64,000 nt of DNA. Origin: Verrucomicrobiota bacterium (GTDB lineage: Bacteria > Verrucomicrobiota > Verrucomicrobiia > Chthoniobacterales > UBA10450). The DNA lies in assembly GCA_003220055.1 (NCBI GenBank), contig QHRF01000083.1, forward strand, positions 564 through 64,563, written 5' to 3'. Position numbers and translations under genes: made by a program. Positions within the stretch are counted from its first letter, which is position 1. Each line of letters begins with the position of its first letter. Shown piece after piece: positions 18,389-26,976 of this stretch. Below the pieces are notes generated by a model, which ran no database searches, was not told the origin of the DNA, and worked only from the letters and a program-made list of their open reading frames with translations.

Positions 18389-18852
18389 TGCGGTGGGGGA
18401 GGAGGAGGCGCCCCGGGAGTGCCGGGAGCAGCAGCGGGCCCACCTTGGGCCGCGCGAATTTGATAGCCGACTTTCTCAATTCCGGCGCGTCGGGCTTTAT
18501 CGAGCACGGTAATGACGTCGCCATGACGCGCCATACCTTCGCCACTAATTGAAACCTTGATTCCAGGATTTGCTTCGTGCAATCGGAACAATCGCGGCAA
18601 GATGTCGTCGTCGTTCACCAGTTGCCCATCGAAACTCACCGCGTTGCCCGCGCCAACCCGAATTGACACATAATCCTTCACCGTGTTCGGCGGTACCGCT
18701 GTTGCCGACGGCAACGCGACTTTGATACCTTTCATGTGCGTTTGGCTCAAGCTCACCATCATAAAGCTGGCCAGGAGAAAGAACATGATGTCGATCAATG
18801 GAATGATCTCAATCCGGGCGCGTTTGTGCGGAATGGGCGAAGCAAGACGCAT
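18385..18852 (-). CDS. exbD: ExbD/TolR family protein (paralogue 2)
   Basis: RARIEIIPLIDIMFFLLASFMMVSLSQ TM segment. The first ~45 aa are nearly identical to the 19480-19917 paralogue. Confidence 0.9.
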   Translation of the reverse strand: MRLASPIPHKRARIEIIPLIDIMFFLLASFMMVSLSQTHMKGIKVALPSATAVPPNTVKDYVSIRVGAGNAVSFDGQLVNDDDILPRLFRLHEANPGIKVSISGEGMARHGDVITVLDKARRAGIEKVGYQIRAAQGGPAAAPGTPGAPPPPPPH

Positions 18853-18856
18853 AAAA

Positions 18857-19474
18857 TTAGTAGGAGGCTCCAGTCAGAGTGTAGGTGATTGGAACTTTCA
18901 CTTTCGGCGCAACCTTACCCGCTTGAAATCGCCAGCGGCGGAATGTGGAGGTTGTAGCGTTATCCAGAATCGGACTGCCGATGCTTTGCGCCATCGTTGC
19001 GTCTGTGACGGTGCCGCTGGCCGTGTCAACACTCAAGACGGCAACGCCGCTGCCGGTAACATGACGGCTCTTTGCTTCATATGGATATTCGGGTTTCGGT
19101 GCATAAATTGCCACCGCCTTTGCACCGGTGATCGACATCGTTCCCGGTACGCCTGCTTGCGGCGCCTTAATTGGACCGGCCGGCTTGGCCGCGTTTTTAG
19201 GTGGCGGCGGTTTTTCTTCGTGAAACTCCGGCGCCACTTCCGGAATAGGCGGCGGCTCGGGAATGGGAATGTCTTCCGGTGGCGGCGTTGGCTGATCTTC
19301 CGGTTGCAGAGTCGCTTCGACTGTCGCCGTTGGAATATTCGTCAGATCGACCGGGGGCGGCTCGTGTTTAATTGCCGCGATACCGACCGAGGCCAGATGG
19401 ATCGCAATTGCGCCACCCAAAGCGGCCCAGAATTGCCATCGGGGAGGTGGTCGATAGAGAAGCGGTCCAGGCAT
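18857..19474 (-). CDS. tonB: Energy transducer TonB
   Basis: N-terminal TM, a Pro-rich linker (PPPEDIPIPEPPPIPEVAPEF), and a TonB C-terminal domain (PEYPYEAKSRHVTGSGVAVLSVD...GSPILDNATTSTFRRWRF). Confidence 0.85.
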   Translation of the reverse strand: MPGPLLYRPPPRWQFWAALGGAIAIHLASVGIAAIKHEPPPVDLTNIPTATVEATLQPEDQPTPPPEDIPIPEPPPIPEVAPEFHEEKPPPPKNAAKPAGPIKAPQAGVPGTMSITGAKAVAIYAPKPEYPYEAKSRHVTGSGVAVLSVDTASGTVTDATMAQSIGSPILDNATTSTFRRWRFQAGKVAPKVKVPITYTLTGASY

Positions 19475-19479
19475 TGCCG

Positions 19480-19917
19480 TTATCCTCGAGGTCCGGGAAT
19501 CCCTCTGGCGGATTCGCTCTTGATTTCGAAGGCGACTTTGTAAAAGCCAACCGATCTCAAGATGTCGAGCACGCGAATAATGTTGAAATGGACGGTGTCA
19601 GCGTCGCCCCGAACAAACACCTTCGCCTCGGGATTCTCATCGTGCACTTTTTTCAGCCTCGCCGTCAACGTGTCGTAATTCATCTCTTCCTTGTCGAAAT
19701 AAGGGTTGCCATTGGCGTCAACGGAGACGCTGATGTAATCCTTTTTCGACTGCGTTTCGCCGCGTTGCCCGGTGGGCAGGTTCACCTTGATGCCCTTCAT
19801 GTGCACCTGGCTCAAGCTGACCATCATGAAGCTCGCCAGCAGAAAGAACATGATGTCGATCAACGGGATGATCTCGATCCTCGCTTTGTGCTTAGGAACA
19901 GGCGAGCTAACGCGCAT
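19480..19917 (-). CDS. exbD: ExbD/TolR family protein (paralogue 1)
   Basis: KARIEIIPLIDIMFFLLASFMMVSLSQ TM segment followed by a periplasmic domain. Confidence 0.9.
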   Translation of the reverse strand: MRVSSPVPKHKARIEIIPLIDIMFFLLASFMMVSLSQVHMKGIKVNLPTGQRGETQSKKDYISVSVDANGNPYFDKEEMNYDTLTARLKKVHDENPEAKVFVRGDADTVHFNIIRVLDILRSVGFYKVAFEIKSESARGIPGPRG

Positions 19918-19925
19918 AACAACTC

Positions 19926-20966
19926 CTAGATTGAGGAACCCTTGGCTGAGCTCGGCGTATGACCGCCGATGGCCATCTCAGGGCGTTCCTTACTCTGGGC
20001 TTCCAACATAACTTCCAAGTTCGTGGCCGCGGTTTGCAATTCGAACTCTAAGTTAGACACGCGCGACGTGAAAAAGTTAAACGGAATCAGCGAGAAGATG
20101 GCGATACCCAGACCGCAGGCAGTCGCGATGAGCGCTTCCGCGATACCGCCGGTGACAGCCTGAATGGCCAATTCTTCGTTGCCCAAGAATCGGAAGGAAC
20201 GGATCAATCCGGTGACCGTTCCCAATAAACCGAGCAACGGGGCCAGCGTGACCAACGTGTCCATCACCACTAGGAACCGGCCGGCGCGCTTGATCTCGAT
20301 GCCGGCTGCAACCTGGAGCGCGCCCTGCAACGACGCATGCTGATGGTTCAAGCCGTTCCACATCATGCGCAGAACCGGATCGCGCGAATCGCGCGAAAGC
20401 CGCGACGCTTCCGCGACATCCGCCACTTCGATCGCGGTAAAGACTTTTTCAATTCGCTTCGGGTCGCGCCGGAACCAACGGCCGCCCCACCAGAAAATTC
20501 GTTCGATCACGACCGTCAAAGCGACGATCGAGACAAGGAGAATCGGCCACATAATGGGACCGCCCTTGCGAAAGTTGTCGATGATGAAGTTGCTACTCCA
20601 ACCGCTCACTTCCGGAGTGGGTGCCGCGCTTGCTGCTGGAGTCAATGTCGCCGTAACAGCTGCTCCGGGAGCAGCTGCTCCCACCGGAGGAGCGCCAGCC
20701 GGACCGACTGGAGACATTCCCGGCGCCCCTGGCGACATGCCGGCAGGTGGTTGTTGAGCGGGCGCCCCAGGCATTGGCGCACCTGGTTGGGCTGCTCCGC
20801 CGGGGGGCTGTTGTGCCGGTTGTGCCGGGGCCCCGGGCTGAGCCGGTGCACCTGCAGCCGGCGGTGCGTTCGGCGATGGCGGCGGTTGTTGTGCTGGCCG
20901 CTGCGGCGGCTGAGCAAACGCGCTCAATGCGATGAAGCTGAGACAGAGAGTAAGCAATGTTTTCAT
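19926..20966 (-). CDS. exbB: MotA/TolQ/ExbB family protein with a signal peptide and a ~110-aa Pro/Ala/Gly-rich N-terminal extension
   Basis: MKTLLTLCLSFIALSAFAQ, then PA-rich low complexity, then an ExbB core (GPIMWPILLVSIVALTVVIERI...LLGLLGTVTGLIRSF...GIAEALIATACGLGIAIF). Confidence 0.85.
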   Translation of the reverse strand: MKTLLTLCLSFIALSAFAQPPQRPAQQPPPSPNAPPAAGAPAQPGAPAQPAQQPPGGAAQPGAPMPGAPAQQPPAGMSPGAPGMSPVGPAGAPPVGAAAPGAAVTATLTPAASAAPTPEVSGWSSNFIIDNFRKGGPIMWPILLVSIVALTVVIERIFWWGGRWFRRDPKRIEKVFTAIEVADVAEASRLSRDSRDPVLRMMWNGLNHQHASLQGALQVAAGIEIKRAGRFLVVMDTLVTLAPLLGLLGTVTGLIRSFRFLGNEELAIQAVTGGIAEALIATACGLGIAIFSLIPFNFFTSRVSNLEFELQTAATNLEVMLEAQSKERPEMAIGGHTPSSAKGSSI

Positions 20967-21135
20967 AATTTCGGCGGAGTTGGATTAACTGCTCGGCACA
21001 TCTCCTTTATTCCAAAACGGTTGGACACGAGTCGAGACAAAAGTTTTCACTTTTCTTCAGCGACGTTCCGCTTCGGCGAACGTCACTTATACTTCGCATC
21101 AGACGTCGTCCGAGGATGTAGGATAAGACCAACAA

Positions 21136-21909
21136 TCAGTTCGCGTTGATCACGGGATTCCGCAGGGGCGGCCAATCACCGATTCGCGCTTCCAATTTAT
21201 CACCGGCCCGAATCGGTCCGACGCCCGACGGGGTTCCGGTCAAAATCACATCGCCCGGCATCAATGTGAGTGATTGGCTCGCGAAGGAAACAATTTCGGA
21301 AACGGAGTAGATCATCTGACTCGTGCGCGCTTTCTGCCGCACTTCACCGTTCTGGCGCAATTCCACCGGCAGGTCGCCAACATCGATATCGGCATAAACA
21401 AACGGTCCGATCGGCGTGTAGGTGTCGAACGATTTGCAGCGCCCGAATTGTTTCTCCGATTTCTGCAAGTCGCGGTCGCTGATATCGAGAGCGATGGTGT
21501 AACCGCAAACAAAATCCCGCGCTTGTTCGGCCGAAACATTCTTTGCCCGCCGTCCGATAACAATCGCCAGCTCAGTTTCGAAATCCGTTTGATGCACCGG
21601 AAACGCGATTTCGATTTTGCCATTGTGCGGCAAGAGCGAGCTTGGCGCTTTGAACCAAATCAAAGGCGTCTCCAGCGGTGTCCGTTTCATCTCCGCGATG
21701 TGATCGGCGTAATTCAAGCCGACCGCGATCAGCTTTGAAGGCGCGACCGGAAGATCGACATCTAATTGCCCCAGCTTGCGAAGCTCACCCGTTCGCTCGA
21801 GGGCGATCCAATACGGCTTTGCCAGGAGATGGACATCCTCGCCACGGACTTCACCGTAAAAGAATTCGGTGCCCGATTTGAATCCACCGAATGTGCGCAT
21901 GATCGTCAC
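21136..21909 (-). CDS. Fumarylacetoacetate hydrolase (FAH) family protein
   Basis: LIAVGLNYADHIAE..., TDFETELAIVIGR, PGDVILTGTPSGVGP. Confidence 0.85.
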   Translation of the reverse strand: MTIMRTFGGFKSGTEFFYGEVRGEDVHLLAKPYWIALERTGELRKLGQLDVDLPVAPSKLIAVGLNYADHIAEMKRTPLETPLIWFKAPSSLLPHNGKIEIAFPVHQTDFETELAIVIGRRAKNVSAEQARDFVCGYTIALDISDRDLQKSEKQFGRCKSFDTYTPIGPFVYADIDVGDLPVELRQNGEVRQKARTSQMIYSVSEIVSFASQSLTLMPGDVILTGTPSGVGPIRAGDKLEARIGDWPPLRNPVINAN

Positions 21910-22673
21910 CGCGGCACAATTGCCACAAAGTCGCGCACCGGTTTTTGTTCGGCGATGGAAAATGCCGTTCCGTTCGCGCGTTTAAACCAAAAAGCGCTGG
22001 ACGAGCCGCCATCGAGATTGAGCGCCCGTTGGACCTTAAAGTCGGGAGCCAAAACGGTTGCGAGAATGCTGGAAAGATCGGCGAGGGTTACATCGGAACA
22101 AAACCCCAAAACCCCCCTGTCCCCCGCTCCGGTGGCGGCAAATGTGCGGCGAGCCGGGCGCCTCGATTCTAGGCCCCGGACCGGTTTGCCAAGATCGACA
22201 ACCATCGGGCCGGACTCGACCGCGGCGTCCGGTTTTTGCGCCATCGAAAATTCAGCGACGCGCGAAATTTGCACTTTTTTTGATGACGCGCTCAGGACGC
22301 CACTAAGCAGACGCGCCTTTTGCAACGGCGCAATGATCGTTCCATCGACCACGAGTAATCCGATTGGCTTGTAGTCGGGATCGAAATAGCCGCCGTTGAC
22401 CGCGGCCAGAAAATTTCCGCGGCCCATGATTTCTTCCAAATCGACATGCGGTTCGCTTGGTTGATCGATTACCCGAAGGCGACACGATTTCGTCGAAAAA
22501 ACCGCGAGCTCGAGCGAAGCGCGATCGCCAGCCGCGGAATCTTCGACCACGATGTAGCGATGTTCGAGTCCGCGCAGTGGCGACGGCTCGGACTGAGACG
22601 AGATTTGCGTCCACTGCGCTTTGGCGGTGGAAAAAAGAAGAAGAACAAAAATCGCGGCGCTAAGCTTTCGCAC
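21906..22673 (-). CDS. Phosphodiester glycosidase family (DUF2233-like) secreted protein
   Basis: Signal peptide; AAVNGGYFDPDYKPIGLLVVDG and ALNLDGGSSSAFW motifs. Overlaps both neighbouring genes by 4 and 14 nt. Confidence 0.75.
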   Translation of the reverse strand: MRKLSAAIFVLLLFSTAKAQWTQISSQSEPSPLRGLEHRYIVVEDSAAGDRASLELAVFSTKSCRLRVIDQPSEPHVDLEEIMGRGNFLAAVNGGYFDPDYKPIGLLVVDGTIIAPLQKARLLSGVLSASSKKVQISRVAEFSMAQKPDAAVESGPMVVDLGKPVRGLESRRPARRTFAATGAGDRGVLGFCSDVTLADLSSILATVLAPDFKVQRALNLDGGSSSAFWFKRANGTAFSIAEQKPVRDFVAIVPR

Positions 22674-24666
22674 CGTACTTGTCGATCAAAGCCTGGAAGC
22701 GCGGATCTTTGCGAATCGGATCCCAAATTGGATTCAACTTCAGGAGGGCAACCGTGACGGTGCTCGGCCGCTGCAATAATCCATCGAGCACGGGAACGGC
22801 GCCGGCCGCGTCTTCGAAGATAGCGTGAATCCTCGCCACGGCTTCCGTGATCGCCGGACCTTCAAAAGCATCTTTGCTTTCGGGTAACAACTCCTGGGCG
22901 CGTTTGATTTCACCGAGCGCCGCGTCCTTTTGTCCGAGCCACGCAAGCGCTTCGGCCAGCCCGGCGTGGGCAGACGCATCATCGGGCGTTTGCTTGATGT
23001 CGTCTTCCGCGAAACGCTTCGCTTTCTCGAGGGCTTCTCGCGCGCCGGCTCGATCGCCCATTGCCTTCTTCGCCGCTCCAATGATGGTGTATTTGCCGCA
23101 CAAAGAGCCGTGACGCGTTGTAAGCATCGCGTCCGGGAGCTTTTCCGCTACACCCACGGCCTCGCCAAACTTACGCTGCAAAATGAACATCTGCGCGCGC
23201 CCGGCCGTGATTTGGCCCTGGATCTCCGGACTCAGTTGGCTTGAATCGACATTGTTCAGGAATTTTTCACCGAGAGAGAGATCGCCCCTCTCTTCAATGG
23301 CAACCTTGCACTTGATCTCCATGAGACCGAATGCGGTGGGAGTGATCGCCAGCGCCCGTTCCAAAATCTTGCTCGCCGCATCCCACTTCCGTTGCATCTC
23401 GTAATTGATCGCGAGGTTTTGCATCGACCATGTGTCGTTCGGATTGAGACTGACGGCTTTTTCAAGGCTGGCGTTGGATTCCGTCCACTTGCCTTGGCGC
23501 CTTTGAATAGCGCCGAGCGCGAGATAGCCTTCCGATTCGTTAGGCAATCCTTTCTCGGCGATCTCAAATTCGCTCGCCGCAGCCTGGAAGTTGTTGTCGA
23601 CATAATAATAAACAAACCCGAGGGCCAGATGCGCCTCCGGCAACTGCGGCTGCAATTGGACCGCGCGCACGGCCAGGGAACGCGCTTTCTCCCGTCGGGG
23701 CGACGCGCGCTCAAACGAGTGAACGATCCAGCTTTCCAATTGGGAATACCGAGCAAACGCCAGGGCAAAGTTAGGATCGAGCGTGATCGCCCGCTCGTAC
23801 GCCTCCTCGCCCTGCTTTAATTTTCCCAAATCCTCATAGGAGCTGCTCTGAAGATCGTGCGCCCGGACAAATGCGAGATAAGCCTCGGCATTTTGGGTCG
23901 GTTTGCTCTCGATCTGCGCCTTTTCGCTCGGCGAAAGCTTTGCCTGAAGTTCGTTCGCGATCTTTTGGGCAAGATCGGTTTGAATGGCAAAGACGTCGGT
24001 CAAATCGCGGTCGTAGTCGCTGGCCCAGAGATGCTCGTCCGTCGTTGCGTCGATCAACTGCACATTAACGCGGACACGATTGCCGGCACGACGGACGCTG
24101 CCTTCCAAAATGGTCGAAACGCCCAGCGCTTTTCCGATTTCGCGCACGTTCGGCGTGTGCCCGCGATAGGACATCACCGATGTCCGTGAGATCACTTTCA
24201 AATCGCCGATCTTCGAGAGATTGGTCAGGATATCGTCCTGAACGCCATCCGCGAAATAGGCGTTCTCTTTTTCGTCGCTTAGACTTTCAAACGGCAGCAC
24301 TGCGATCGATTTGTCGATCTTGCGCGCGGCTGCGCGCGGGAGCAGGAAAAATCCGGCGGCGGCGGAAATAATAATGCCAGTGGCAACCAGCATGATCACG
24401 TTGCGACGGCGATGAGAGCCCGCCGTTACCACCGCTGGCGTTGTTTTTATGCCTTGAGACGTGACGTCGAAAGCCCAAGCCAGAATCAGCGCGATCGGGA
24501 AGCCGATCAGCAGCAACACGATGACCAAACGCAGCGACCAACTCGGCAATTCCCAGGCCGGAAACGCGGCCGAGGCGAGCTGAATGATGCCACCAGCGGC
24601 GATAACGTAGGCGACCGCCACACGGTAAACCTTCCGTCGCTTCACTTCCTCGAAGAAACCGCTCAT
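22660..24666 (-). CDS. Membrane-anchored TPR-repeat protein with a TolB-N-like periplasmic domain
   Basis: N-terminal FEEVKRRKVYRVAVAYVIAAGGIIQ plus a second TM. SIAVLPFESLSDEKENAYFADGVQDDILTNLSK module, then multiple TPR-like repeats. Confidence 0.75.
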   Translation of the reverse strand: MSGFFEEVKRRKVYRVAVAYVIAAGGIIQLASAAFPAWELPSWSLRLVIVLLLIGFPIALILAWAFDVTSQGIKTTPAVVTAGSHRRRNVIMLVATGIIISAAAGFFLLPRAAARKIDKSIAVLPFESLSDEKENAYFADGVQDDILTNLSKIGDLKVISRTSVMSYRGHTPNVREIGKALGVSTILEGSVRRAGNRVRVNVQLIDATTDEHLWASDYDRDLTDVFAIQTDLAQKIANELQAKLSPSEKAQIESKPTQNAEAYLAFVRAHDLQSSSYEDLGKLKQGEEAYERAITLDPNFALAFARYSQLESWIVHSFERASPRREKARSLAVRAVQLQPQLPEAHLALGFVYYYVDNNFQAAASEFEIAEKGLPNESEGYLALGAIQRRQGKWTESNASLEKAVSLNPNDTWSMQNLAINYEMQRKWDAASKILERALAITPTAFGLMEIKCKVAIEERGDLSLGEKFLNNVDSSQLSPEIQGQITAGRAQMFILQRKFGEAVGVAEKLPDAMLTTRHGSLCGKYTIIGAAKKAMGDRAGAREALEKAKRFAEDDIKQTPDDASAHAGLAEALAWLGQKDAALGEIKRAQELLPESKDAFEGPAITEAVARIHAIFEDAAGAVPVLDGLLQRPSTVTVALLKLNPIWDPIRKDPRFQALIDKYGAKA

Positions 24667-24730
24667 AGAACAAATTTCGGTTGATTATCGTTCAACGGCA
24701 ACGATTAGACAGACCAATTCAACGCCCCGT

Positions 24731-25666
24731 TCACTTAACACCGGTGGCGAAGACGGTCTGGAACTGAGGGTTCTCCTTTTCGCGCGAGACCACGCTCACT
24801 TCGATGTCGCGAAAGCCGCCTTTTTCCAAAAGCTCATGCAATTTCACTTCGCTAAAGCCTAACCAGCGGTCGGCATAAAGTTCGCGCGCTCTTTCGAAGC
24901 GATGACTCAACAAGTCGAGGACAACGACCCGGCCGTTCCTTTTCAAAATGCGGTGGGCCGCCTGGACCGCTCGCTCGGGCTTGATTGCGTGATGCAACGC
25001 CTGACTCAACAGGACAAGATCGACACTGCCCTTTGTAACCGGCGGATCTTCCAGATCACCCAGCCGATACTCGAGATTTTTGAAACCATGTTTCTTCGCC
25101 AGCTTCGAACCGAACTCGACCATCTTTGGCGAGTTGTCGATCGCGATAACTTTACGCGCGCTCTTCGCCAGCAACTGGGAGAGTGTTCCTTCGCCCGCGC
25201 CAAGATCGACAATCGTCAGCCGTGGAACGAGCGAGATCAATGCGTGCGAGAGCGCTTTCCACGATCGTCCCGGGACGTAACTGCGACCGAACTTCCCTGC
25301 CAGTTCATCGAAATATTCGCGCGCTTTGTCCTGACGCTTGCGCAACGCGAGTTTCAGCGCCGTCCGGTCGCGGCCGGTTTCGGGAATTTCACGCGCGAGT
25401 GTCTCGATCACTTGTTGGACGCGGCCGCGCGCGCCATTGCGTCCTGCGGTTTTAGTCGCGCCGTAGTAAACATTCTTGCCCGCCCGGCGGCCTGCCACTA
25501 CCCCGGCGCGCTTCAATTGTGCGAGATGACTGGAGATCCGCGATTGGCCCATGTTCAGAATCTGCTGCAGCTCGGCCACGGAAAGCTCTTCCTCTTCCAG
25601 CAAGAGCAGCAGTCGCAGCCGGGTCGGATCAGCCAGTAGCCGCAATAAATTAATGGTTGACGTCAT
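24731..25666 (-). CDS. ArsR-family HTH fused to a SAM-dependent-methyltransferase-like domain (SahR-like regulator candidate)
   Basis: LADPTRLRLLLLLEEEELSVAELQQILNMGQSRISSHLAQLKRAG (ArsR wHTH) plus VDLGAGEGTLSQLLAKSARKVIAIDNSPKMV (MTase motif I). Divergent from metK-ahcY. Confidence 0.75.
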   Translation of the reverse strand: MTSTINLLRLLADPTRLRLLLLLEEEELSVAELQQILNMGQSRISSHLAQLKRAGVVAGRRAGKNVYYGATKTAGRNGARGRVQQVIETLAREIPETGRDRTALKLALRKRQDKAREYFDELAGKFGRSYVPGRSWKALSHALISLVPRLTIVDLGAGEGTLSQLLAKSARKVIAIDNSPKMVEFGSKLAKKHGFKNLEYRLGDLEDPPVTKGSVDLVLLSQALHHAIKPERAVQAAHRILKRNGRVVVLDLLSHRFERARELYADRWLGFSEVKLHELLEKGGFRDIEVSVVSREKENPQFQTVFATGVK

Positions 25667-25735
25667 CAGCGGTCTGAGACGATATATCTACATATCATGA
25701 TCGGTCAATATGTTGCTGTCAGCTTGACTGTTTTT

Positions 25736-25763
25736 GCCACTCGTCACTAGTCACTCGTCACTT
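25736..25763 (+). promoter_or_regulatory. Four in-phase heptads GCCACTc GTCACTa GTCACTc GTCACTt ending 7 nt before the metK ATG
   Basis: Read directly from the sequence; repeat starts at 25736, 25743, 25750, 25757. A TTGACT -35-like hexamer lies at 25724-25729. Confidence 0.6.
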
Positions 25764-25769
25764 CCTGTT

Positions 25770-26972
25770 ATGTCACGTCGCTACGTTTTCTCTTCCGAAT
25801 CCGTTGGTGAAGGTCACCCCGACAAAGTTTGCGACACGATTTCGGATGCCGTTCTCGACGCCTGCATTAAACAAGATCGACGCAGTCGTGTTGCCTGCGA
25901 GACCTACGCCAAGAGCAATATCGTTGTCGTTGGCGGGGAGATCACGATTCCGAATCTGGCTGACGACAAACCGCTCGGCGCGGTTCTTCCAATCAACAAA
26001 ATCGTCCGTGAGACCGTGCGCGAGATCGGTTACGTAAACGACGATGACGTCTTTCACGCGGATAAGATCGACATCCAGAACATCATCACCAAACAATCGC
26101 CTGACATCGCCCAGGGCGTCGATGCGCGCGCAGCCGATGGCAAAGAAACGGCCGAACAGGGCGCGGGCGATCAGGGGTTGATGTTTGGTTACGCCTGCGA
26201 CGAAACGCCGGAGCTCATGCCGGCGCCGATCATGTTTGCGCATCGGCTCGGACGCGAGCTCACTCGCATTCGCAAGAGCGGAAAAGTCGGCTGGCTCCGA
26301 CCGGACGCGAAATCGCAGGTCTCAGTTATTTACGAAAATGGCCGACCGATCGGCATTTCCTGCGTTGTTGTTTCAACGCAACACTCCCGCGACGTCAAAC
26401 ATTCCGAAATCCGGAGCTTCGTGATCGAAGAAGTGATCAAAAAAGTTTTGCCGAAGGAAATGTTAAGCGAGAGCACGCAATTTCTGGTCAATCCCACCGG
26501 CAATTTCGTGGTTGGCGGACCGCAAGGCGACACTGGTCTGACCGGCCGCAAGATTATTGTCGATAGTTACGGCGGAATGGGACGCCACGGCGGCGGCGCA
26601 TTTTCCGGAAAAGATCCGAGCAAAGTCGATCGCAGCGCGGCTTACATGGGACGTTGGGTCGCGAAGAACGTGGTCGCGGCCGGACTGGCATCGAAATGCG
26701 AAGTACAGTTCGCCTACGCAATCGGTCATCCCAAACCGCTCAGCGTCCATGTTGACACGTTCTGCACCGGCAGCGTCGACGAAGAAGCGATCGAGCAGGC
26801 GGTGCTGCAGACATTCAGCTTTAAACCGGCCGACATTATCGATCAGCTCGATCTGCTCCGCCCGATTTACTCAAAGACGACGAACTACGGTCACTTCGGC
26901 AAAGTCGACGACCCTGAGATCACTTGGGAAAAAACTGACAAGGCCGCCGCGCTGAAAAAGGCGGCGAAATAA
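25770..26972 (+). CDS. metK: S-adenosylmethionine synthetase
   Basis: [60 protein letters not shown] at 25770; the TTG at 25734 lies inside the repeat array. Confidence 0.95.
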   Translation: MSRRYVFSSESVGEGHPDKVCDTISDAVLDACIKQDRRSRVACETYAKSNIVVVGGEITIPNLADDKPLGAVLPINKIVRETVREIGYVNDDDVFHADKIDIQNIITKQSPDIAQGVDARAADGKETAEQGAGDQGLMFGYACDETPELMPAPIMFAHRLGRELTRIRKSGKVGWLRPDAKSQVSVIYENGRPIGISCVVVSTQHSRDVKHSEIRSFVIEEVIKKVLPKEMLSESTQFLVNPTGNFVVGGPQGDTGLTGRKIIVDSYGGMGRHGGGAFSGKDPSKVDRSAAYMGRWVAKNVVAAGLASKCEVQFAYAIGHPKPLSVHVDTFCTGSVDEEAIEQAVLQTFSFKPADIIDQLDLLRPIYSKTTNYGHFGKVDDPEITWEKTDKAAALKKAAK

Positions 26973-26976
26973 ATTT

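Noticed and set aside
25667-25769. Possible SAM or SAH riboswitch upstream of metK-ahcY.
   Set aside because: The spacer is only 103 bp and shared with a divergent gene. From the likely -35 (25724), the leader would be a few tens of nt at most. None of the conserved cores of the SAM-I, SAM-II, SAM/SAH or SAH riboswitches that I remember is visible.
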